64,000 bases of DNA from Pseudomonadota bacterium (GCA_043825735.1 JBDRRP010000086.1:11046-75045), one strand, 5' to 3'; numbered from the stretch's first letter, positions 10,134 to 19,798 are shown. Notes: generated from the sequence alone by a model not told the origin. Numbers and translations: made by a program.

Positions 10134-11711
10134 GTGGAAAAAATCGCGATTCAGTATGGTTCCAGTGCAAGAGAGAAGATGCTTAGCGGGATAAATACGT
10201 TTACCGATGCCGTGAAAGTGACTCTCGGGCCGAAAGGACGCAATGTCCTTATCCATCAATCCTCGGGTTACCCGTTAATCACCAAAGACGGCGTTACCGT
10301 CGCCAAGGAGATCGTCCTTGAAGACAGGTTCGAAAACATGGGCGCACAGATTATTCGGGAAGCTGCCATCGAGACCTCCGAGGGTGCCGGAGACGGCACT
10401 ACGACGGCAACGGTCCTGGCAAGGGCGATATTCCGCGAGGGTGTCACACTGGTAGCGGCAGGCGCAAATCCAATGTCAATCAAACGCGGTATTGACAAGG
10501 CGGTTTGTCTGCTGGTGGCGAAAATCAAAGCCATATCCAAGCCCATAACCGACCGGAAAGCGATTATTCAGGTCGGCACCATTTCGGCCAACAACGATCC
10601 CGCCATCGGCGAGATGATCGCAGCGGCCATGGAAAAGGTGGGAAAAGAGGGCGTAATTACGGTGAGAGAAGGCAACACCTCGGAAACGATCCTCGAGGTC
10701 GCCGAGGGGATGCCGTTTGATCAAGGATACCTGAGCCCCTTCTTTATAACGAATGCCGTAAAGATGTCGGTGGAGATGGAAGCGCCCTATATCCTGCTGC
10801 ATGAAAAGAAAATCAGCTCTGTGAACGATCTGCTCCCCGTGTTGGAGAAGGTTTCCAAAGCCGGCCGGTCCTTGCTGATTATTGCGCCAGATGTGAGCGG
10901 AGAGGCGCTCGCCACCCTGGTAGTGAACCAGGTAAAAGAGACCTTACAGTGTGCGGCGGTGAGGGCACCGGATTTTGGTGAAAGCCAGAAGGACATTCTG
11001 GCCGACATCGCTGCACTGACGGGGTGCCGGCTCATCAGTTTAGATCTGGGGGTCAAACTGGCGGCGATTTCCCTGAGCGATCTCGGCACCGCCAAGCGGG
11101 TGACAATCGAAAGGGGCAAAACAACGATTATCGCTGCGGTCGGCACGGACAATGCCCGCAAAGCACGTGTAAAACAGATCCAGGCGCTGATTGCAAAGCC
11201 TGACAGCAGCGATGATGAAAAGTCGCGGCTTCGGGAACGTCTGGCGAAATTGACCGGTGGCATTGCCGTCATCAGCGTGGGCGCCGCCACCGAGACTGAG
11301 ATGCGCGAGAAGAAAAAAAGAATCGAAGACGCCCTCAGTGCCACCCATGCCGCTGTGGAGGAAGGCATCGTTGCCGGGGGTGGTGTCGCCTATATTCGCG
11401 CTGCTGCTGCGATTCAAAGTATCCGGCTCGCCGGCGAAGAACAACTGGGCGTTGACCTCATAAGCCGCGCCCTGGAAGAGCCCCTGAGGCAAATCGCCGG
11501 CAATGCCGGTTTCGAGGGCGCGGTGGTGGTTCGCCACGTTCTGGAAGGTACTGGGAGTTACGGATTCAATGCCGAAACAGGGAGATATGAAGATTTGATG
11601 AAAGCCGGCATTGTTGATCCCGCCAAGGTCGTACGGTCGGCACTTCAAAATGCCGCTTCCGTGGCCGGTCTTCTCATCACGACAGAGGCGCTGGTCGCAG
11701 TAAAAAGATAG
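10134..11711 (+). CDS. groEL: Chaperonin GroEL paralog (no adjacent groES, no GGM tail)
   Basis: [62 protein letters not shown] with GTG start. Confidence 0.95.
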   Translation: MEKIAIQYGSSAREKMLSGINTFTDAVKVTLGPKGRNVLIHQSSGYPLITKDGVTVAKEIVLEDRFENMGAQIIREAAIETSEGAGDGTTTATVLARAIFREGVTLVAAGANPMSIKRGIDKAVCLLVAKIKAISKPITDRKAIIQVGTISANNDPAIGEMIAAAMEKVGKEGVITVREGNTSETILEVAEGMPFDQGYLSPFFITNAVKMSVEMEAPYILLHEKKISSVNDLLPVLEKVSKAGRSLLIIAPDVSGEALATLVVNQVKETLQCAAVRAPDFGESQKDILADIAALTGCRLISLDLGVKLAAISLSDLGTAKRVTIERGKTTIIAAVGTDNARKARVKQIQALIAKPDSSDDEKSRLRERLAKLTGGIAVISVGAATETEMREKKKRIEDALSATHAAVEEGIVAGGGVAYIRAAAAIQSIRLAGEEQLGVDLISRALEEPLRQIAGNAGFEGAVVVRHVLEGTGSYGFNAETGRYEDLMKAGIVDPAKVVRSALQNAASVAGLLITTEALVAVKR

Positions 11712-11762
11712 AAAACCAACCATCGATTTTCATCATTCCATCTGAAGACTGATACAAGGGAA

Positions 11763-12971
11763 ATGGCTGCTGTGGGCAAAATGATTCCTGACAATCAGAT
11801 CACGCTGCTGAGAAACGGTGAAGACTATTTCCCGGTCATCGAAGCGGCGCTGGACCAGGCGGTGCGTGAAATTTATCTGGAAAGCTACATCTTCGAAAAT
11901 GACGCGATCGGACAGCGAATCGCTAAATCGCTCATTCGTGCCGCCACTCGAGGCGTAAAAACGCATGTGGTGATTGACGGTTTCGGTTCGAAGCGGTTTC
12001 CGAAGACAATGGCCGATGGTTTTGAATCGGCGGGTGTAATGTTTTTAAAATTCCGACCTAAAACATCGCCCTGGACCTTGCGGCGCCGGCGCTTGCGTCG
12101 CCTGCACCGGAAAATTGTGGTCGTCGATCGCAGGATCGCATTTGTCGGCGGGATCAATTTTATCGACGAAATGGACATGACGGGTCATGCGTCGCCTCGT
12201 TATGACTATGCTGTCCGTGTGCAGGGGCCGCTGGTGAAAGAAATCCATGATTCCTGCCGCCGCGTGTGGTCACGATTGACCTGGGCCCGCCGCCGCCCAG
12301 GATGGCGATCGCATGACTCAATAAACATTCAGCCAACCGGGCATCCGGGTGACATGACCGCGGCTTTTTTGGTCCGCGATAACTTTCGCCATCGGCGCGA
12401 TATCGAAAATGCTTATCTGGAGGCGATCAAACAGGCGCAATCCGAGATCATTCTGGCAAACGCCTATTTTTTACCAGGGGCGAAGTTCCGTCGTGCGCTT
12501 ATCAATGCCGCCGGACGCGGTGTTCGGGTGGTTTTATTGCTGCAAGGCCGGACGGATCACCCATTGCTGCAGCATGCCTCGCGCGCCCTTTATGGCAGTT
12601 TTCTCGATGCAGGAATCGAAATTTACGCTTACCAAAAGAGCCAGATGCACGCAAAAGTGGCCGTGATCGACGGACATTGGGCAACGGTGGGCTCATCCAA
12701 TCTAGACCCTTTCAGCCTGCTGCTTGCACTCGAGGCCAATGTCGTTGTTGACGATGTGTCTTTTGCCAATGCGTTACGGTTAAGCCTGGAGCAGGCAATC
12801 AGGATCGGAACGCGTCGGATTATCAGAGATAAATGGATATCGCAGCCTTTGAGGCTGCGTCTGATCAGTTGGCTCAGCTACAGTCTGGTGCGATTTATGA
12901 TCGGCATTGCGGGATACGCGCCCGGAAAGCCGGCAGCACCTCCCTTGTCGCGTTCTGCCAAAAGAACATGA
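11763..12971 (+). CDS. clsB: Cardiolipin synthase ClsB (phospholipase D family)
   Basis: Two HKD motifs (LHRKIVVVD, MHAKVAVID), RDNFRHRRDIE, ANAYFLPG, and no N-terminal TM. Confidence 0.9.
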   Translation: MAAVGKMIPDNQITLLRNGEDYFPVIEAALDQAVREIYLESYIFENDAIGQRIAKSLIRAATRGVKTHVVIDGFGSKRFPKTMADGFESAGVMFLKFRPKTSPWTLRRRRLRRLHRKIVVVDRRIAFVGGINFIDEMDMTGHASPRYDYAVRVQGPLVKEIHDSCRRVWSRLTWARRRPGWRSHDSINIQPTGHPGDMTAAFLVRDNFRHRRDIENAYLEAIKQAQSEIILANAYFLPGAKFRRALINAAGRGVRVVLLLQGRTDHPLLQHASRALYGSFLDAGIEIYAYQKSQMHAKVAVIDGHWATVGSSNLDPFSLLLALEANVVVDDVSFANALRLSLEQAIRIGTRRIIRDKWISQPLRLRLISWLSYSLVRFMIGIAGYAPGKPAAPPLSRSAKRT

Positions 12972-12994
12972 CGGGGATTGGTTTGTGGTGGCGG

Positions 12995-13417
12995 TCAGGC
13001 CCCGTCATCCACGGGCACCAGCCAGACCTCGATCCGACCGGCCTTTCCGGGCGGGGCGGGCTTCACGCAGTCGGCTTTAGGGGGGATAAACAGGGTGCCG
13101 CTGCCCATGCGCCGGGTGATTTCGAGATTGAGTCCAGCGGCGTCCGAACAGGTGTCGAAGCCGACGATGAACAGCTGATAGTAGCGGTTTTCCTCCAGTG
13201 TGAGCACAATGATCAGCTCGGTGATGCGGGCCTCCGTCTCCCGATCAAGTACCTTCCCCTGAGTTTTGAGCTGCAGGTTTTCGAAAATCAGCCGGCCGTT
13301 TTTGGTGGCGGCGGTGTATTCCGTCATATCTATCGCCAGGGCGGCCCTGCCGGGCAGAAGAAGGCATACCGTCACGGCGAAAACCGTGCATAGGCGGCGA
13401 AGTTGATGTCGAGTCAT
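12995..13417 (-). CDS. Exported hypothetical protein
   Basis: Signal-peptide-like N-terminus ending AALA. Confidence 0.6.
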   Translation of the reverse strand: MTRHQLRRLCTVFAVTVCLLLPGRAALAIDMTEYTAATKNGRLIFENLQLKTQGKVLDRETEARITELIIVLTLEENRYYQLFIVGFDTCSDAAGLNLEITRRMGSGTLFIPPKADCVKPAPPGKAGRIEVWLVPVDDGA

Positions 13418-13645
13418 GTCATAATCCCTTTTGTTGTGTTGATTACGGACCTTTGAACATTATCGACATCCCGTCCGGTAACTTGAGTCGATGAGCGTCA
13501 TTTATGACGGTGCTGTCTTTTCATCCGTTTCTCCGGTACCGGCGGTCAGCAGGCAAGCGAGGGGGCTGACGGCAGAATTTGGCCGGGTTCCGCTCGGGCG
13601 ATGCGCGTGTTCCGTGATTTCGCCATGTTGGTTTTTATGGGCGCA

Positions 13646-14443
13646 TCATCGGTTTGCCGACCCGGCGCTGTCCATCAGGCGGCGTGCGCTGCCCGGGGAT
13701 AACTGCAGCGTATCCTGAAGGGCCGCCGCATCGTCCCGGGAGCCGTAACCCCCGAGTAAGCCGTTGATGCGGGCGGTTGCCGTGGCATCGGTGATTGCCC
13801 GCGGGCTGTCGAAGCGCGCCTGAATTTCCCGGTAGATGTCGTGGGAGCCCTTGAGGAAGTATTTCTGATGGTAGTCCTCGGCCAGTGTGAAACCCGAGAA
13901 CGGCAGTATGCGGGTGTAGAGGGTTTTTCCGCGGCGTCGGGCCGTTTGCTGCATGCTTTCGGCAGCCAGGCGCAGCTGTTCATCATCATGGGTGAAGATC
14001 GCCGACATGTATTGGCGCGACCAGGACCGGCGATCAGGTTGGTGCCCATCCCAGAAAACGGCCAAAAGGTCTTCGAAAGTGATAATGGCCGGATCGTAAT
14101 CGACCTGCAGGGTTTCGGTATGGTCGCCGATGTTGCGGTAGGTGGGCTCTGCGGTGGTGCCGCCGGCATACCCCACCCGGGTGCTGATAACGCCGTCAAT
14201 GACCCCGAACCGGGCGTCAGGGCCCCAGAATCACCCCATGGCAAATGTTGCGGTTTTAATTGATGTCGGCAGTCGATCGTCTGTGGTCATCGCTGAACTC
14301 CTTTTCTCCGGGCCCTTCGCGGCAGTTCCGGCCAGAGCGTTTCCCGGTAGGCTGGTAGCCAGTATGAGCAGCCATGTGCCGGCCATCATCAGAGTCCTGA
14401 GTTGTCGGTGAATGTCGTTTTCATTGTGCCTGATGATCGTCAT
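13646..14443 (-). CDS. msrA: Peptide methionine sulfoxide reductase MsrA, selenocysteine-containing (UGA at 14233-14231), with signal peptide
   Basis: ORFs 14231-14443 and 13646-14176 are in frame. Read-through gives TATFAMG-U-FWGPDARFG..GVISTRVGYAGG..PTY..IGDHTE..AEDYHQKY, so UGA replaces the Cys of GCFWG. Exact start uncertain. Confidence 0.9.
14200..14219 (-). promoter_or_regulatory. Candidate bacterial SECIS hairpin
   Basis: mRNA UGAC-G-CCCG-GUU-CGGG-GUCA begins 11 nt after the in-frame UGA and has a G-containing apical loop. Confidence 0.6.
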
Positions 14444-14469
14444 GGGACGGTACCTTCTGAAAGTGGAGG

Positions 14470-14525
14470 CATCTTTGCCGATTGCGGGAGTGGGTAAACC
14501 CCTCCCCTACGAAACAGCCAGAATC
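14470..14525. repeat. GTAG-type REP-like repeat; near-identical inverted copy at ~33316-33372
   Basis: catctttgccgattgcgggagtgggtaaacccctcccctacgaaacagccagaa compared with the reverse complement of 33316-33372. Confidence 0.7.
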
Positions 14526-14664
14526 CCAACTTGAGTATTGCTCAACACCGGTTAAAACGGTTCTGAACTGGGAAATATTACGAACCCATTACAGCCCATT
14601 GACTGAGTCGGGCAGAAAGGGATTTCCTTACATGGGCGCTAAGCGGGTGGGGGCGTAGAAACGG

Positions 14665-14910
14665 TCAGGGCAGGTCGTCTTCGGGGGAATCCGGGTGCTT
14701 ATAATAAACGAGCTCCCAGACCTGGGTCTCCATGTCGTTTCGGATGATGTACTGCGCGCCGTCTTCTCCCTGCACCTTGAAGTAGCGGTGATCGGGTCCG
14801 GTCCACCGGTCGTCGATCCGGGCGACACCGATGGTGTTGTTGCCCATGACGATCCGTCGGGGGGATTCTTCCCCGCGGTAGCCGGCATAACAATCGACGC
14901 GGATGATCAT
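14665..14910 (-). CDS. Conserved small hypothetical protein (IRVDCYAGYRGEESPRR)
   Basis: Compact beta-rich ORF with DRWTGPDHRYFKV; pattern familiar from deltaproteobacterial hypothetical proteins. Confidence 0.72.
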   Translation of the reverse strand: MIIRVDCYAGYRGEESPRRIVMGNNTIGVARIDDRWTGPDHRYFKVQGEDGAQYIIRNDMETQVWELVYYKHPDSPEDDLP

Positions 14911-15141
14911 AAAATTCAAAGGCCCACCCCGGCGGCCACGCCCCGGTCTATGGGAAAGCCGATTGGGGTTTCTCTGCGCCCCTGCGCGAAAACGGGTTTT
15001 GGTTGCGGCGGCTCCGAATTGGGTTATTCGCTAAATGACACAAGCGCCCGGCAGCCTCAAGCATTTCCGTTGACCCTCTATCGGCCGGCTGATATTCGGG
15101 AAATATCATTTTGCATAACAAACCGTATGAAGGAGTCTCTC

Positions 15142-16248
15142 ATGGCGTTTCAGCTGCCCGCATACCTCGCCCCGGATTTTTCCAAAAAACCGTTTACTGA
15201 TGCGCCGCTGGCCCGTTTCGAGGCCGTCGAGAAAGACGGCGTCGCCCCCGACGGCTACCACGGAACCTCGGTATTTCCCGAATACCTCCAAGTAGCCAAA
15301 GGCGACTGGCGGCTGCTCACCGAATCCCGGATGGACAGCGTTGTCGTTCTCGACAAACAGGACCGACTGGAGGTGAAGGAATTTAGGCGGCTTAAAAAAG
15401 GTGACCTTGTGGCTGTCGGCCGAAAAGAAAATGCCGAGGAGGGGATCTATGTCCATACCGGCGCGTTCCGGTTTGAAGGTCAGGAAGGGGAAAAGTTCGC
15501 CTTCCGGTCCAACCGAACCCGGGAGACCTCCTTCAGCATCGATTACGATGAACTCTACGATCTGCTCTGCCATGAGCGCGACAACGGTTTCATCCTCTGG
15601 GTCCTGGGGCCGGCGGTGGTTTTTGACCACGACGCCCGGGAGGCCTTTGCCGGTCTCATTGGCGAGGGGTTCGTCAGCGGGCTCATGGCGGGCAATGCCC
15701 TGGCGACGCATGACATCGAGGGGGCGATCTACGGCACGGCCCTGGGGCAGGAACTCTACAACAAGCGGGCCGCCGAACAGGGGCACTACAAACACCTCGA
15801 CGCGCTCAATCGCATCCGCGCTGCCGGCTCCATCGACGCGGCCATCGACAACGGGATGATCACCAACGGGATTATGCGTTCGGTGCTGGCTTTCGACATT
15901 CCTTATGTCCTGGCCGGCTCCATCCGGGACGACGGCCCTCTTCCCGAAGTGGTCGCAAACGTATACGACGCCCAGGACCGGATGCGGATCCTGACCCGGC
16001 GCGCGACCACGGTGATCGCGCTGGCCACGCAACTCCACACCATCGCCACGGGCAACATGACCCCGTCCTACACCGTGAGCGCATCGGGGCAGCCCCGGCC
16101 GGTTTATTTCTATTCCGTGGACATGAGTGAATTTGCCGTCAACAAGCTCTCGGACCGCGGGTCGCTTACGGCCAAATCGATTCTCACCAATGTGCAGGAT
16201 TTCGTGGTGACGCTGTCGCGGGGGTTGACGCGGCGCTGCGGAAAATAG
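15142..16248 (+). CDS. LOR/SDH-associated domain (TIGR00300-like) protein; possible NAD-dependent ornithine cyclodeaminase
   Basis: DGVAPDGYHGTS, RMDS, LGPAVV, AGNALATHDIE, YVLAGSIRDDGPLPEV, KLSDRGS. AAGGAG RBS before ATG 15142. Confidence 0.8.
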   Translation: MAFQLPAYLAPDFSKKPFTDAPLARFEAVEKDGVAPDGYHGTSVFPEYLQVAKGDWRLLTESRMDSVVVLDKQDRLEVKEFRRLKKGDLVAVGRKENAEEGIYVHTGAFRFEGQEGEKFAFRSNRTRETSFSIDYDELYDLLCHERDNGFILWVLGPAVVFDHDAREAFAGLIGEGFVSGLMAGNALATHDIEGAIYGTALGQELYNKRAAEQGHYKHLDALNRIRAAGSIDAAIDNGMITNGIMRSVLAFDIPYVLAGSIRDDGPLPEVVANVYDAQDRMRILTRRATTVIALATQLHTIATGNMTPSYTVSASGQPRPVYFYSVDMSEFAVNKLSDRGSLTAKSILTNVQDFVVTLSRGLTRRCGK

Positions 16249-16284
16249 CAGCCGGCCTGAAAAGCGCGGAAATGTTCAATGATC

Positions 16285-16575
16285 AACGCTGATGAACCGG
16301 TAAAAAGTCGGAATCTCTCGCAAAGCCGCAAAGATCACAAAGTTAACATGCTGATATTAAATAATATTTTCTTGGCGCGCTTGGCGTCTTAGCGAGAAAA
16401 TTGCTTTTTTACGGGTTTGTCAACGCTGATGGCCTTGTAAAAGTTCCTACGCCCGTCACCCCGGCGAAGGCCGGGGTCCAGAAGTGCTTGAAATCACTGG
16501 ATCCCGGATCTCGTTTCACTCGTCCGGGATGACGAAAAAAGAATAAAACCGACTTTTTACGAATGCATCAACGCT
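16285..16575. mobile_element. Two tandem MITE-like units (16291-16421 and 16428-16569) with GATG..GTAAAA(A)GT / CTTTTTAC..(A/G)TC termini, separated and flanked by AACGCT direct repeats
   Basis: AACGCT at 16285, 16422 and 16570. Inverted termini are shared. A matching left end is at 48205 and a matching right end at ~39150-39200. Confidence 0.7.
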
Positions 16576-16651
16576 CGATGCTCAATTTTCAAGGTGGTGT
16601 CGCTGCACTCCGGCATTTTTTATAATAATAGATTGCCTTCCTGAGCGTCGA

Positions 16652-17695
16652 TCATTGAGCCTTGCTGTTTTGTCCTGTCTTGCCGTCTACGCCGGCGTGG
16701 AACCGTGTGAGGGTTTCTGAGGTCCACTGCGGCTGCTCCCCGTTGGCCGCTGTGCGCTCCTCACATGGATCCCGCGGGCATACCCCGCAGTCGTCGTCCT
16801 CGCAGGGGTCCATATGGACCACTACGGACGCGTACCCGTCAAAGCTGCCGATGAGGGCCGCCTCCAGCGCCTTGGCTTCGTCATGGGCGGCCTCAAGCGT
16901 TACGTCTCGGGGCAGGGAGAGATGAAGATCCAGGTGCACGATGCGCCCGGACCGCCAGGCCCGGAGTTGGTGGATGTCGATCCAGGCCGGCCGGCGTGCG
17001 GCGGTGAGGACGGTGGCGATGCGCTTTAGAATCGCCGGGTCAGCCGCATCCATGAGCCCGGAAAAAGACTGGCGGATGAGCATAAATCCGGTCACCAGGA
17101 TGTTGAGCCCCATCACGCAGGCCACGGCCCCGTCCATCCACAGCCAGCCGGTGAACCGCACCAGGAGCAGCCCCAAAATCACCCCCACGGAAGTGTAGAC
17201 GTCGGTGAGCACATGCTTGCCGTCAGCCACCAGCGTGAGCGAATCGGTTCTGCGTCCCACCCGGATCAGTGCGATCCCCAGCAGCAGGTTTCCCACCGAC
17301 GCCCCTATCAGAATGAGCATGCCGGTATCGAGAGAGGGCAGCGGATGGGGTGTGGCGATTTGATGCAGGCCGACCTTGAAGATGCCAATGGCGGCAAGAA
17401 CGATGAGCGCCCCCTCGAATCCAGCCGAAAAGTATTCGATTTTTCCGTGGCCGTAGGGGTGATCCGTATCCGGGGGTTTGGCCGCAAGGATGATACTCAC
17501 CAGGGCGAATGCGGCAGCCACCACGTTGACGATGGATTCCAATGCGTCGGAGAGCACCGCCGCGCTCAGGGTGAGCCGCCAGGCACCGAATTTGAGCGCC
17601 AGCAGCACGAAGCCCACCACCAGCGAGCAGACGGCCGCTGAAATGCGGCTGCGGGTCTGCCGGCGATTGTCCTGTTCGAAGTCCGATGGCGTCAT
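16652..17695 (-). CDS. Cation diffusion facilitator (FieF-like) transporter
   Basis: LSDALES, PPDTDHPYGHGKIEY, ADGKHVLTD, C-terminal VVHMDPC with a Cys-rich tail. Confidence 0.92.
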   Translation of the reverse strand: MTPSDFEQDNRRQTRSRISAAVCSLVVGFVLLALKFGAWRLTLSAAVLSDALESIVNVVAAAFALVSIILAAKPPDTDHPYGHGKIEYFSAGFEGALIVLAAIGIFKVGLHQIATPHPLPSLDTGMLILIGASVGNLLLGIALIRVGRRTDSLTLVADGKHVLTDVYTSVGVILGLLLVRFTGWLWMDGAVACVMGLNILVTGFMLIRQSFSGLMDAADPAILKRIATVLTAARRPAWIDIHQLRAWRSGRIVHLDLHLSLPRDVTLEAAHDEAKALEAALIGSFDGYASVVVHMDPCEDDDCGVCPRDPCEERTAANGEQPQWTSETLTRFHAGVDGKTGQNSKAQ

Positions 17696-17916
17696 CAGCG
17701 GCTCGTTTTCCGGTTGTCGGTGGGTGCCCCGGGCGGCGCCGACCCCGGGAAATCAGCCACGCTGTTGAGCCCGTCCATCATGGATTCGTAGCGACGCTGC
17801 AGATCCGCCACCGCCGCCGCGAAACCGTCTTCTGTCAGGCGGCCGGTGTCGCGGCGGTGCTTCAGTGCGCTGTGCTCAATTTCGTACCAGCGCTCGGGGT
17901 CGAAATTATAGGTCAT
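17695..17916 (-). CDS. Small hypothetical protein
   Basis: Translationally coupled (1-bp overlaps) between mscS and the CDF gene. Confidence 0.65.
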   Translation of the reverse strand: MTYNFDPERWYEIEHSALKHRRDTGRLTEDGFAAAVADLQRRYESMMDGLNSVADFPGSAPPGAPTDNRKTSR

Positions 17917-18758
17917 TACTTGGATTCAACACAACGCTTCCCGTCAAGGATGCGAACCTCTCTTTGCGGGAAGGGAATGGCGATACCGGCTGCCCCAAGT
18001 GCCGAAAAGATGGCGGCATTGGCCCTGTAGCGCGTTTCAAAGTATTTATGGGTCGGGGCCCAGAAGCGGATGCCGATAGTGATGCTGCTGTCGGCGAAAT
18101 CTTGGATGCCGACCAGCGGCGGTTTGGTTCTGCTGACGTTTTCCGTCGTCTCAAGGGCCTGCCGAATCGCCGCAATGGCATCGTCGGGGTTGCTTTCGTA
18201 GGAAATTCCGACGGTTTCTTCGGCCAGAGTGTCCGTGTTTGAGTTGTGGATGATTTCACCAACGATGTGCTTGTTGGGAATGGTGATGCGCACATCGTCT
18301 TCGTCGCTGAGAACGGTGACGGCCAGATGGACTTCTTTCACCAGACCGGTCACGCCTTTCACTTCAATAGTGTCGCCCACTACGAACGGGCGGGTAAGAA
18401 TGATGTTCAACCCGGCGCCGTAGTTGGACAAAAGCCCTTGCACCGCGAGACCCGCGCCCAGAGACAGGGCGCCGATGGCAGCGATGAAGGGGGTGACACT
18501 GATGCCCAGCTTTCCCAGCGCGACAATCGCCACGGCGGCGATGATGGCCAGCCGTGCAGCGTTGGCGAAAAAACGGCTGAGGGTGATATCCAGCCCCTTG
18601 CGCTCGCAGAGCCTCAGGACGAGATTGCTGACCTTTCTCGCCACCAGCGCGCCGATACCCAGAATGATGAGCGCGCCGATGATCTGAAAACTGTAACTGA
18701 CGAAGAACTCGGTCACCTGCTGATAGACGGCCTTTGCCTGCGCTAGTTCCTGTTCCAT
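17916..18758 (-). CDS. mscS: Small-conductance mechanosensitive channel
   Basis: Three TMs, GLAVQGLLSNYGAG, RPFVVGD, IPNK, IPFPQR. Confidence 0.92.
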   Translation of the reverse strand: MEQELAQAKAVYQQVTEFFVSYSFQIIGALIILGIGALVARKVSNLVLRLCERKGLDITLSRFFANAARLAIIAAVAIVALGKLGISVTPFIAAIGALSLGAGLAVQGLLSNYGAGLNIILTRPFVVGDTIEVKGVTGLVKEVHLAVTVLSDEDDVRITIPNKHIVGEIIHNSNTDTLAEETVGISYESNPDDAIAAIRQALETTENVSRTKPPLVGIQDFADSSITIGIRFWAPTHKYFETRYRANAAIFSALGAAGIAIPFPQREVRILDGKRCVESK

Positions 18759-18827
18759 GTTCTTGCCTGATGCCTAACTGTTGAGGGATGTCATCACCGC
18801 CGCTCTCTCATGCGTAGCGCCGTCGCG

Positions 18828-18968
18828 TCAACCCCAATCAACCATTATATGCGCTAACTTTTCCTCACCCCGCATCACGGACTGGTATTCCGCCGTGGGG
18901 ATGTTCTTGCGGGTGGCCTCGTCGCGGGTGATGGTTTCGACGGTCTTGGGGGTCTTGTTTCCGGCCAT
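18828..18968 (-). pseudogene. N-terminal remnant of a type III R-M-like site-specific DNA methyltransferase
   Basis: MAGNKTPKTVETITRDEATRKNIPTAEYQSVMRGEEK matches the recalled RKNIPTAEYQSVM N-terminus of Mod-type MTases. Stops after 46 codons. Confidence 0.6.
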
Positions 18969-18993
18969 TTAGGGTTCCTTGTGTGTGTTTTGG

Positions 18994-19085
18994 TGATGGG
19001 TTCCGCTGCGCGCCACCCATCCTACGGTGTCTCTTCCGTGACGGCGTTTGCAGGCGTAGGATGGGTAAGCGGAGCGTAACCCATC
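18994..19085. repeat. Back-to-back pair of GTAG-family REP elements (cgtaggatggg...acccatc)
   Basis: Minus-strand copy at 18994-19026, plus-strand copy at 19055-19085. Confidence 0.75.
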
Positions 19086-19411
19086 GAATCCTTCCATCAA
19101 CGCCGTCACTCTCCGAAATCGCCTTCCAGATCCAAGTCTCCCAATTTTGTCCTTGAGGCATTTGGGGCATATTTGAGGCAAAACCTCGTCAATAATGATG
19201 GGGCAATAAGGTCATTTCTGAGGCATTCGACTCTTTAAAACATAATAGGAGCCCCTTTCCGCACCGTGTCGCAAGGCTACAGACTTTCGTACCAATTCAT
19301 CATTGCTTTGTCTGCCGTCGAGGCGCGCTGGACTTTCATCGTACCCCGGGATGCATCACCATTTCCTGCCCGGTGGTAAATAGGTTGTCTCTGTTTACTC
19401 GCGCTTGTCGC

Positions 19412-19798
19412 TTAGGTGATGACCGGCACATCATATCGAAGGAACAGGCGATCGGCGGTGACAATTGTAAGGCCATGCCGTTTTGCAGTGGCGATAATGA
19501 ACCGGTCACACGGGTCCTTGTGGATTTTCGGCAGTCCGACGGACAGCGCGGCAATATCGCCATCGATCGGTATCTCGGTGAGGGCGTGCTGGCTGAGGGC
19601 CCGCTGATACCAGTGCCGCGGTGGCAACGGCAATTGGATTTTTCCGCGGTCTGCCGTGTGCGCCACTTCGAATCCGGAAATCGACGACACGTAAGCCGCC
19701 CCGGCGGTGGCAATTCGCTCCAGCGCCTGCGAAGACAGCCGGTCGCTTCCCGTTGCGAGCCAGATCAGCGCACAGGTATCCAGCAGCACATCAGTCAA
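19412..19798 (-). CDS. vapC: VapC PIN-domain toxin
   Basis: VLLDTCALIW, VSSISGFE, HKDPCDRFIIATA, IVTAD. Confidence 0.92.
   Translation of the reverse strand: MTDVLLDTCALIWLATGSDRLSSQALERIATAGAAYVSSISGFEVAHTADRGKIQLPLPPRHWYQRALSQHALTEIPIDGDIAALSVGLPKIHKDPCDRFIIATAKRHGLTIVTADRLFLRYDVPVIT

Noticed and set aside
13646-14443. msrA as a nonsense pseudogene or two separate genes
   Set aside because: The stop is TGA exactly at the catalytic Cys codon and is followed by a SECIS-like hairpin, so selenocysteine is the simpler explanation.
14695-15141. Long N-terminal extension of the LOR/SDH-like ORF
   Set aside because: Overlaps an opposite-strand gene and a repeat; a good RBS and ATG lie at 15142.
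16285-16575. Possible CRISPR array or integron attC cassettes
   Set aside because: The direct repeat is only 6 bp, the units have their own inverted termini, and no cas or integrase gene is nearby.
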